Shown one piece after another: positions 28,321 to 36,249 of a stretch of DNA of 64,000 bases. Position 1 is the first letter of the stretch. Each line of letters starts with the position of its first letter. A program made the position numbers and the translations under genes. The stretch is from Nitrososphaeria archaeon (lineage in GTDB: Archaea > Thermoproteota > Nitrososphaeria > Conexivisphaerales > DTJL01). The notes under the pieces were generated by a model. That model did not search any database, had not been told where the DNA came from, and saw only the letters and a program-made list of their open reading frames with translations. Location of the stretch: NCBI GenBank assembly GCA_029775965.1, contig JARVJU010000002.1:2578-66577 (forward strand). The letters run 5' to 3'.

Positions 28321-29511
28321 ATGGAGGAAAATGATGTCTATGTTGTTGACTTTAAGAGAACTGCTTTTTCTCGTGCAAGGCCTAATGAACCTGAGAAGGA
28401 TGTATTCAATTCTATAAGGATGGATCAGGCATTAGCTCAGCTGATAAGGACAATAGTGGAAGAAAATGACATTGCAGAGGGAGAGATAGGAGATGTAATA
28501 ACTGGTTGCGCATTACAGGTAGATGAGAACTGGCTTTATGGAGGTAGACATCCTGTATTACTAGCAAAGCTACCAGTATCTGTACCATCTGTTGCAATGG
28601 ACAGAGCATGCGCCTCTTCCATGAATGCTGCCGCGCTTGGCTCCTTCGAAATTATGACAGGGCATTCAGACATAGTGCTAGCAGGAGGTATGGAGCACAT
28701 GACTCATGTGCCCATGGCAAACAACCCGCATATAGCAGTGAATATGAGACTTCTTCTTAGGCCTGAATATATGAAGTATCAGATGAACATAGGGTACGTC
28801 ATGGGTCTCACTGCTGAAAAGCTGGCAGAAGAGACAGGTATAACGAGAGAGGAGATGGACAGGTACTCTTTAGAATCACACAGAAGGGCAGCTTCAAGCT
28901 ACGATCAAGGATGGTACAAAGATGAGATAATACCCATGAATGTAGAGGTTGAAGGAAAAGAAGTCACGGTGGATAGAGACCTCAGCATAAGGCAGGAAAC
29001 CTCTATGGAACAGCTTTCAAAGTTGCCTCCTGCATTTAAGGATAATGGTGTGATAACAGCTGGAAATTCCTCTCCCTTGAACTCAGGAGCTTCCATGCTT
29101 CTTCTCGTATCGGGGAAAAAAGTAAAAGAATCAGGTTTGAAGCCTCTTGCAAAGATACTTGGCTTTGGCTGGGCAGGAGTAGAGCCAAGTGTTATGGGTA
29201 GAGGTCCTGTACCTGCAACCATGAAGGCACTCAGAAAGGTTGACCTGAACATAGATATGGTAGAACGCTGGGAGATAAACGAAGCATTTGCTGTAGTAGT
29301 CTTAAATGCAATTAAAGAGCTATCTCTCGACCCCTCAAAAGTAAATGTACATGGCGGTGCAATAGCTATTGGCCACCCACTTGGTGCATCAGGTGCCAGA
29401 CTTATAGGAACTCTTGCAAGGCAGTTACACGAAGAAGGTAAAGAGTACGGTGTAGCAACATTATGCGTTGGCGGTGGGCAGGGATTTACAACAGTTCTTC
29501 AGAGGGCCTGA
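28321..29511 (+). CDS. Acetyl-CoA C-acetyltransferase / 3-ketoacyl-CoA thiolase
   Basis: Active-site Cys region DRACASSMNA, NEAFA, GGAIAIGHPLGASG and CVGGGQG. ATG 28321 is preceded by GGGAGGT. The ORF-track start at 28270 overlaps the upstream gene. Confidence 0.9.
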   Translation: MEENDVYVVDFKRTAFSRARPNEPEKDVFNSIRMDQALAQLIRTIVEENDIAEGEIGDVITGCALQVDENWLYGGRHPVLLAKLPVSVPSVAMDRACASSMNAAALGSFEIMTGHSDIVLAGGMEHMTHVPMANNPHIAVNMRLLLRPEYMKYQMNIGYVMGLTAEKLAEETGITREEMDRYSLESHRRAASSYDQGWYKDEIIPMNVEVEGKEVTVDRDLSIRQETSMEQLSKLPPAFKDNGVITAGNSSPLNSGASMLLLVSGKKVKESGLKPLAKILGFGWAGVEPSVMGRGPVPATMKALRKVDLNIDMVERWEINEAFAVVVLNAIKELSLDPSKVNVHGGAIAIGHPLGASGARLIGTLARQLHEEGKEYGVATLCVGGGQGFTTVLQRA

Positions 29512-29561
29512 TGCTTTATAATAGAGTTATAAGTCTAGAGGTTCGGAACAGGGTATCGAGG

Positions 29562-29855
29562 TCAAGCAGCTACCCATCGCAAACTTCTAAAGCTGAAATA
29601 TTCAGTCATCCTGCTCGAAAGAGATTCATACAGCTCTTGGCTAAAAATAAAATGAGCTTCTCGAGCTCCGGAGAGAAACATGTCTTTCAAGAGGGACTTT
29701 GTAACATCATCTTGGCATCCTAAAAGATCTGATTGACGAGGATAGTCAGAAAAGATAAGATATACGCTGAATGCAACTGGCAGATCTCTGTATGCAGGTC
29801 TGAATTCCGGTTTACCATTCTTTAATCGAGTACTGATGTTATGGTACTCTATGAT
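29562..29855 (-). pseudogene. Start-less 97-codon ORF, possible 3' remnant of a decayed gene
   Basis: My minus-strand translation reads IIEYHNISTRLKNGKPEFRPAYRDLPVAFSVYLIFSDYPRQSDLLGCQDDVTKSLLKDMFLSGAREAHFIFSQELYESLSSRMTEYFSFRSLRWVAA*. Its composition is protein-like, but the only in-frame canonical start is Met 59. It lies in a 1.3-kb gene-poor tract. Confidence 0.25.
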
Positions 29856-30537
29856 CTACAAACTAATAAAAGAAAAGATAGATAGAATCATTTTGGCTTG
29901 CTGTATTATTACAATCGGCTCTATCAGCTGCTACTATAGTTCCCAACTCTTCTCCTGATGAACTCTTATAGCTACTCGGGTATGCTAGCGGTTCTGTCAT
30001 TTCATGCTAGCTTTTTTTATCTATTCTGCTTATATTTTCTTGATATCTATGCTAGTCTCGAAGAGGAATCTCACCTTGAGCTATGTACCCTTTTATCATT
30101 ATCCTATGCCCTTTTTTGCGTATACACCGGCTTCATCCATTTCGGACGATCGATTCTTCAGGTTTTTCTTGCTTGTTTGCTCACAAAATTCATCTGTTGG
30201 AATAGCCTCATTTCTTACAAGCTTCTTGCACGGTATCAGGTATTACAAGTCATTTCTTATTAACGTTGTATTTCTTGGCTTAAGCATACCAAACCTTCTT
30301 CCTTATTCAAGGCGTACAGACAAGCAATGTCGCTTTATCAACAGTGAGCGGGAAAACGATGCCATTTATTGATTGGACGAAAGCGCACTTACAAGAGATT
30401 AATAAACACAATACAATAGGAAGAGATTACAGCAAGATAGCACTCGATCTAATCGCAAACTGGCACGTGAGCGGAAGATAGAGAGACATTTATGCTTAAG
30501 AAAATGAAGTGCTTGGTAGATCTGAGTACTTCAGGCT

Positions 30538-30631
30538 GTCAACCAGCCAATCATTTGGGCTCAATGAATCCATGCCCTTAGGCATGGGGAGGCTAGTATC
30601 AAGCCAACTCCTTTAGGGGTTGGCAGTTGAC
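30538..30631. ncRNA. Candidate structured RNA (closing helix plus three hairpins), class unknown
   Basis: GTCAAC (30538-43) pairs with GTTGAC (30626-31). Inside are CCATGCC-CTTA-GGCATGG (30570-87), GCCAAC...GTTGGC (30603-24) and AGCC...GGCT. On the minus strand a TATA-like TATTATA (30654-60) lies about 25 nt upstream, and a T-rich tract follows. Confidence 0.3.
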
Positions 30632-30804
30632 TTTAGCTCCTATCATGAATCCGTATAATACATAGGACATATGCCTTTCTTGATGTTTGAACTAGGTTCA
30701 TCGAAGACTATGCTGGTAAGAGAACAGACGAACAAAACATAATATTGCATAGAAATAAAGCTAGGCAGAATTACAATGATATAAATCACACATTGGTATA
30801 ATCG

Positions 30805-32010
30805 TTATCTAAGTTTACATATTTCAGGCATCTTTCTTTTGTGTTCGCTTGCCTTTATTCTTTGTAGTATTAGATCTGCCTTGTTCCTTGTAATAGCAAG
30901 CTCTGATAATATCTGCTCAAAGTCTCTTTTTTCTTCGATGTACATATCAAAGAATTTGTCTGCTTCTTCGTAGCTTATTCCGAGCTCTGTCTCGGCTAGC
31001 TGTCCCTCCCAGAGTCTAGGGCTACTCTTCTTTGTGATTATCCTTCGGTCTATACCCAAGATTTCTCCGAGCATTCTGACCTCTGTCTTGTACAGATCCC
31101 CTATAGGCAGTATATCTACCCCTCCGTCACCATATTTTGTGTTTCCTGAGAAGGCAATCCTGTCCTTTCTTACCACAGCCAGATTGTTATAAACTGGAAT
31201 TTCAGGACACCATACCTTTCCCGCATACTCCATTTTTGTGGCTCGAGTTGTAGAAAAAGCTAGTTTTAGCTGCTCGGATGCTGAACCCAGCACTGCAGGG
31301 ATAACGTTTTTTTTACCCACTTCTTCTGCTCTTTTGAAGTAAATCCTATTTTCGTCAGCTAGCAGCATTTTATGATTTGGAGTCACTGCTAGATCTACCA
31401 ACGAGCCTTCAAAATGTAATAAATAATCGCTATAATCAAATACATGCATCATCTTTACTCGAGTCTTGTGGATCACCCCATATGCATCAAGACTGTAAAC
31501 TACATCTCCTTCTTTTAGCTCTTTGTAGTCTTTGAAACCCTCATCTGTCAGGGCCTTGGTTTCCTCATCATAACAAAAGTAACCAAGAAGTATCTCAGAC
31601 CTATCACCAGTGCCCATAACCAATCTGTTGCCAGTGTTTGCATAATAATAAAGAATTGACATTCTTATTCTTGCCCTAAGATTTCCTTCTGCAAGTTTGT
31701 TCGCTTCAAGGTTTTTCATAAATGAAGTATGGATAGCTGCTATATCTATTTGCTTCGTTTCTATCCCTAGCTCTTTAGCCATAGAGATAGAATCTTCGAT
31801 ATCTTCTCTTGGTGTAATTCTCGAGTCTGGCATAATAAGCCCCAGTACCCTTCTGCTTCCAAGTGCCTCTACTGCAAGAAAGGTGGTAACGGCAGAATCT
31901 ATACCCCCGCTTATTCCTACAACAACACCATCCGCTCCAGCTTCTTCGACTTTGTTTTTGATGAAATCCCTTATCTTCTCACGAGCCTTCTTCAGGTCCA
32001 CACCAACCAT
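30805..32010 (-). CDS. nadE: NH3-dependent NAD+ synthetase interrupted by a mini-intein
   Basis: PP-loop [10 protein letters not shown]. The conserved block [13 protein letters not shown] | [21 protein letters not shown] is split by 145 extra residues. The exteins total 256 aa, a normal NadE size. Confidence 0.85.
   Translation of the reverse strand: [401 protein letters not shown]
31141..31575 (-). mobile_element. Mini-intein (Hint domain, no homing endonuclease) within nadE
   Basis: It starts with Cys ([13 protein letters not shown], block A), contains [10 protein letters not shown] (block B TxxH), and ends [18 protein letters not shown] followed by +1 Thr. The boundary codons were checked: TGT at 31575-73, AAC at 31143-41, ACA at 31140-38. 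Confidence 0.75.
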
Positions 32011-32075
32011 AGAGCAGTAGATGAAAAAATAGTTTTACTAACAAAAAATAAAACAGCAGGGAAAGATAGTGTGGT

Positions 32076-33302
32076 GTGATGAATGATCTTAAGGATAGGC
32101 TCTTCTGGATATCCACCGATAAAGAAATAAAGGATGCCATTGCTACAGATTATTATTTTCTGAATACGGAAAAAGCTCTCTTGAAGAGCGGGCTCAACCC
32201 AAAGGTTACGATGGAGGTATACGCTAGAAAGCTTCCCTATAAACAGCAGTGGGGGATTGTCTCTGGGATATATGAAGCTGCAAAGTTACTTGAAGGCCTC
32301 CCTGTAGACGTGGATGCCATGGAGGAGGGAACCCTTTTTGTCACACCAGAAGAAAATGCGGGTTACGAACCTGTAATGCAGATAAGGGGAAGATATGCAG
32401 TATTTGCCAGGTATGAAACACCACTTCTCGGCTTTATATCATCTGCAACTGGTTTTATCACCAAGGCAGCAAGAATAAGGCTAATGGCTGATGATAAGAC
32501 TTTGTTGAGTTTTGGAACAAGAAGGGCGCATCCTGCCCTTGCCCCCCTGATAGAAAGGAGTGCATACTTAGCTGGTTTCGACGGTGTTAGTAACGTAGCT
32601 GGCGCAAAGTTGCTTGGGATAAAAGGCTCAGGCACGATGCCTCATAGCTTCATACTTTGCTATCCAAGCCAAAAGGAAGCATGGAAGGCATTCCTCGAAG
32701 CAGCAGAAGAGAAGAAGATAATAGCTCTAACAGATACAATGTATGATGAAAAGGTTGAATCCTTAATGGCATATGAAACTCTGGGGAAGAATCTAGCAGG
32801 TGTAAGGCTGGACACCCCTTCCACAAGAAGAGGGGACTGGAGGAAGATTGTTCAGGAAGTGAGGTGGGAACTTGATCTCCATGGTGCAAAACACGTTAAG
32901 ATATTCATATCTGGCGGTCTGGACGAAGAAGAAATCGCTAGGATGAAGGATATAGTGGACGGTTTCGGCGTGGGAACAAGCGTAAGTTCTGCACCTGCTG
33001 TAGATTTCAACATGAAGCTTGTTGAAGTCGAACAGAATGGTAGGATGGTTCCGAAGGCAAAAAGGGGAGACCTCTCAGGAACAAAGTCACTTTACAGAGA
33101 TATGAAATCGCTTGAAGACTTTCTTACCCCTGCAGGTTTCCGGGCATCTTCGAACCTTACCCCTCTCTTAACACCCCTTATCAGAAACGGTAAGATAGTC
33201 AGGGAATTCTTGTCTATTGAAGAGATAAGAGAAAAAGTAAAGAGTTCACTAGATGCTGTAAGGCGTGGCATCCCTAAGCTCACAGTGATTTCTCGCGTCT
33301 AA
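32076..33302 (+). CDS. pncB: Nicotinate phosphoribosyltransferase (archaeal NAPRTase family)
   Basis: 408 aa with GTRRAHP and GVRLDTPS motifs. It is divergent from nadE, forming a NAD salvage pair. Confidence 0.8.
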   Translation: MMNDLKDRLFWISTDKEIKDAIATDYYFLNTEKALLKSGLNPKVTMEVYARKLPYKQQWGIVSGIYEAAKLLEGLPVDVDAMEEGTLFVTPEENAGYEPVMQIRGRYAVFARYETPLLGFISSATGFITKAARIRLMADDKTLLSFGTRRAHPALAPLIERSAYLAGFDGVSNVAGAKLLGIKGSGTMPHSFILCYPSQKEAWKAFLEAAEEKKIIALTDTMYDEKVESLMAYETLGKNLAGVRLDTPSTRRGDWRKIVQEVRWELDLHGAKHVKIFISGGLDEEEIARMKDIVDGFGVGTSVSSAPAVDFNMKLVEVEQNGRMVPKAKRGDLSGTKSLYRDMKSLEDFLTPAGFRASSNLTPLLTPLIRNGKIVREFLSIEEIREKVKSSLDAVRRGIPKLTVISRV

Positions 33303-35508
33303 CAATAAGCAAGAGCATGCTCAAAAAGCTGATGAAGATAGAGTAAAAGATTAGGGTTTTTCCTGCATACAAAGGAAAGGATATGCTATGCTGCATGGAT
33401 GGTATTTTAGTAGTATTTACATAAAAAAGGCCAAGCGCATAAGCATTACTTTCAGCATTATATACATGTACGGAGAGCTTGTAGAATCCTTGCTCTAACG
33501 GAGCTATTGAGGCTAAACTAATATTCTGCCCTTTGGCGACTGACACAAAGTACGTTGTACCATCAGGGAAAGTAACATTTGCCTGAGCCCTTACGTATTC
33601 AGGATACAGTATGCTTATCTCATAATTACTCTGATTAAAAGCAAGTCCAGCCTCAGAGGATACTACCGTTACAGGCAAAGTATAGTTCTGACTACCTACG
33701 CTGAATATCAACCTATCATAGTATGTCCCTGCCTTATCAGTAGGAGGGGCACTTACTAGAAGAGTAGCATTATCTTGTGTTATTATCTTCTCGCTTAAAG
33801 TCAATGGATAGGAACCAGTATAGTTCACTCTGACAACCACATTTTTCAGGAATTTTAACGCAAGGTCATAGTTATAACTACCATATGGAGATGGGAAGAG
33901 TATAAGATAGTCTCCATTCTCTGTGGTAAATGGAATATCAAGTGCCTTTGTTATATTCAGCTCACCTGCTCCTTGCACGTAGAAAGGAAGGGAATAATTG
34001 TCAGCCATTATAGGCGTTGCAGAAAGTGCAATTATAGCATAGCTTTCGATTGGCGTTAGATATGGGTATTCTTGCTTAAGTAGAGCCAAAGTACCAGACA
34101 CTTGAGGTGTAGAAAAGCTTGTACCGGACAGAAGCTGAACACCATTAGGTGTTATTGCTGGTACCGCGTCCCCAGGTGCAAGAAGTTCAGGCTTCATTAC
34201 ATATTCATTCACTGGACCCCTTGATGAGAAGTAGGCTGGAAAAACAGTTGAATTGGCCTGAAATACATCCAGTCTAGCCGTGTAGCTTGCATTGCTAACA
34301 GCTAGAAATGCTCCATCTTGCCATGAAACCGTCAGTACGGGTATTCTTGGCTTATAATTGGGCTGGAATGGGTTTGTCAGGTTAGCAAGAAGGCTTGAAT
34401 TAAAGTTATTTACTATGATAAGAGCCTTTGCTCCTGCAGCTGCAGCATTAGCTTCCATGACACCAAAATATGTCTGTTCATTTCTCAATGCTACAGCTAT
34501 GTATCCTGTTAAGTTTGATTGTATAACTTGGCTAGCATTTCCTATGTATACTGTCTTTCCTTCTATCGGAGAGGCTGATACAGGCGAGTCTGCAGCTGGC
34601 ACAGCTGATTGCAGCATGGTTCCGTTAACGATAAGCCATCCAGAAGTGCCGTTAGAATAAATACTCGTCGATGCGCCCACAGCAAAATAGCCTCTCAAAT
34701 CTGCAGGTGCTGAAACTGTGTAGGTGTCAGGCCCTTCGTTGCCTACTGCAGCTACAATTTCTATCCCCTGCTGGGATAGCATGTACGCTATCTGTTGGAG
34801 CTGCACATCTTCTGCAGCTCCACCAAGGCTGAGGTTAATTATCTGAGCACCATTACTTGCTGCCATATCTATGGCCTGAATAAGCAGGGAGAGAGTAGTC
34901 TCGCCATTCTGAAAGACTTTGTAAGCAAGTATCCTTGCACCAGGTGCTACACCAACAAAACTGCTTGAATTGGCTGCAATTATAGATGCAACTGCAGTGC
35001 CGTGCCCTTCCGTGTCCATAGGATTTGGAGAGTTGTCGACAAGGTTATAGCCTCCTATCACCTTTCTGCCAAGTTCTCCTCCAAGTGCTGATAGAGTATA
35101 ATCTACCCCTGTATCTATAACTGCTATTGTTACGTTTCTGCCTGTATACTTTCCGCCGTAAAAGTAGCTCCAGTTTCCTGTGAATTGAACACCTGCTCCC
35201 TGTTGCAGAAGAATAATGGAATCATCCATTATAAGCTCAGGATGAAATACATTCTCAACCATAGATAGAGCTGTGCTCGTCATGGAAAATTCACCACCAA
35301 CTGCTATATCTTTGAATAGATAGACTGTGTTAAAGGTAATTCCATGCTGTCTCATCTGTTCAGCGAAGTTTGTAGAAAGGGCAGCTGTAAAGGCACCATC
35401 ACCTTTTGATAGCATTATGATATAGGTGTTTGCTTGCTGGCCTACCTGCGGTACGATGACTGGTGAAATAATAAGTAACAAAATAAAAGAAGATAGACAG
35501 ATATTCAA
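33280..35508 (-). CDS. Secreted, membrane-anchored subtilisin-like serine protease (S8) with PA-domain insert
   Basis: Signal peptide and the catalytic triad contexts VIDTGVDY (Asp), GHGTAVASII (His) and SGTSFSTPQVSG (Ser). A PA-like insert (AAGAKALIIVNNF) and a C-terminal TM helix are present. By hand count there are at least 21 N-x-S/T sequons. Confidence 0.85.
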   Translation of the reverse strand: MNICLSSFILLLIISPVIVPQVGQQANTYIIMLSKGDGAFTAALSTNFAEQMRQHGITFNTVYLFKDIAVGGEFSMTSTALSMVENVFHPELIMDDSIILLQQGAGVQFTGNWSYFYGGKYTGRNVTIAVIDTGVDYTLSALGGELGRKVIGGYNLVDNSPNPMDTEGHGTAVASIIAANSSSFVGVAPGARILAYKVFQNGETTLSLLIQAIDMAASNGAQIINLSLGGAAEDVQLQQIAYMLSQQGIEIVAAVGNEGPDTYTVSAPADLRGYFAVGASTSIYSNGTSGWLIVNGTMLQSAVPAADSPVSASPIEGKTVYIGNASQVIQSNLTGYIAVALRNEQTYFGVMEANAAAAGAKALIIVNNFNSSLLANLTNPFQPNYKPRIPVLTVSWQDGAFLAVSNASYTARLDVFQANSTVFPAYFSSRGPVNEYVMKPELLAPGDAVPAITPNGVQLLSGTSFSTPQVSGTLALLKQEYPYLTPIESYAIIALSATPIMADNYSLPFYVQGAGELNITKALDIPFTTENGDYLILFPSPYGSYNYDLALKFLKNVVVRVNYTGSYPLTLSEKIITQDNATLLVSAPPTDKAGTYYDRLIFSVGSQNYTLPVTVVSSEAGLAFNQSNYEISILYPEYVRAQANVTFPDGTTYFVSVAKGQNISLASIAPLEQGFYKLSVHVYNAESNAYALGLFYVNTTKIPSMQHSISFPLYAGKTLIFYSIFISFLSMLLLIVRREKSL

Positions 35509-36249
35509 TTAGGCTTCACTTTGTATTATATCTTCCAGCTTATTCAAGCCTCCAACCTTTGTGCCATCGAGCATAAAAGCATCAAAGTTGCCACCAGATG
35601 AAAGAATTTTTGAAACATATGAGTTAGATGATTTTTCTGTAGCTTCGAAGACACCAGATAAGAATTCGTTGAAGGGAGGCATTATTATTATCTGTTTATC
35701 TTTGACACTACCTCTTATCCATAGCGGTACTACCTTTCTTCCAACTCTTATGGAGAAATGCCTGTGCCCCATGATAAGAATATCAGCTGTTTCTGCATCC
35801 TTGACTGGAAAGGCATGACCATGTAGCAGAGCTATCCTTGTGTTTCCGTCTCTATAGATCATACCTCTGCTTGATGCATACTGAATTGACTGGTCTGTTA
35901 TCTTCTCTAGGCCCGCATCATGATTACCAGGTACAACTGTTATTCTTTTTGCTCTTTTTTTCAAGATATTGAAAAAGCTAGATATTTCTGACATGACAAT
36001 TCTGGAAGTCCCAAGAATCTGATCCTTTATGTCGCCTAGTAGTATAACCTCCTCAGCTCCCGTCCTCTGTATCAGATTGACTATTCTCTTGGCCATAGGG
36101 ATGGTTTGGGATGGTATACGCACACCCTTACTGACAATAGACAGCTCATACCCGATGTGTATGTCAGATACTACTATTACTGTTTCTCCTATTGTAAGAG
36201 CTCTTTCGCCTGCAACAATTCTTATCGTTGCATGAACGCCTCCGATGCG
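35509..36249 (-). CDS. Metallophosphoesterase (archaeal SbcD/Mre11-related MPE family); start codon unresolved
   Basis: Motifs I-V are VSDIHIGYE, LLGDIKD, VPGNHD, LLHGH and MGHRH. Motif I lies upstream of the first canonical start (GTG 36123). The reading frame is open back to the TAA of the preceding gene (36250-52), with no ATG/GTG/TTG in between. Confidence 0.7.
   Translation of the reverse strand, partial: RIGGVHATIRIVAGERALTIGETVIVVSDIHIGYELSIVSKGVRIPSQTIPMAKRIVNLIQRTGAEEVILLGDIKDQILGTSRIVMSEISSFFNILKKRAKRITVVPGNHDAGLEKITDQSIQYASSRGMIYRDGNTRIALLHGHAFPVKDAETADILIMGHRHFSIRVGRKVVPLWIRGSVKDKQIIIMPPFNEFLSGVFEATEKSSNSYVSKILSSGGNFDAFMLDGTKVGGLNKLEDIIQSEA

Noticed and set aside
30150-30200. Similarity between minus-strand peptide fragments at about 30.15 kb (PTDEFCEQTSKKN) and about 62.1 kb (PKESFEEQTSPHR), considered as relics of one repeated gene.
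   Set aside because: Only about 6 of 9 residues and a 9-nt DNA match (GCTTGTTTG) are shared. The flanking DNA is not collinear, so this is too weak to call a repeat family.
29958-30372. Two overlapping plus-strand ORFs (101 and 122 aa) in the gene-poor tract.
   Set aside because: Their composition is extremely rich in Phe, Leu, Ser, Tyr and Cys, and they mutually overlap in different frames. They are more consistent with antisense or random frames over decayed minus-strand coding sequence.
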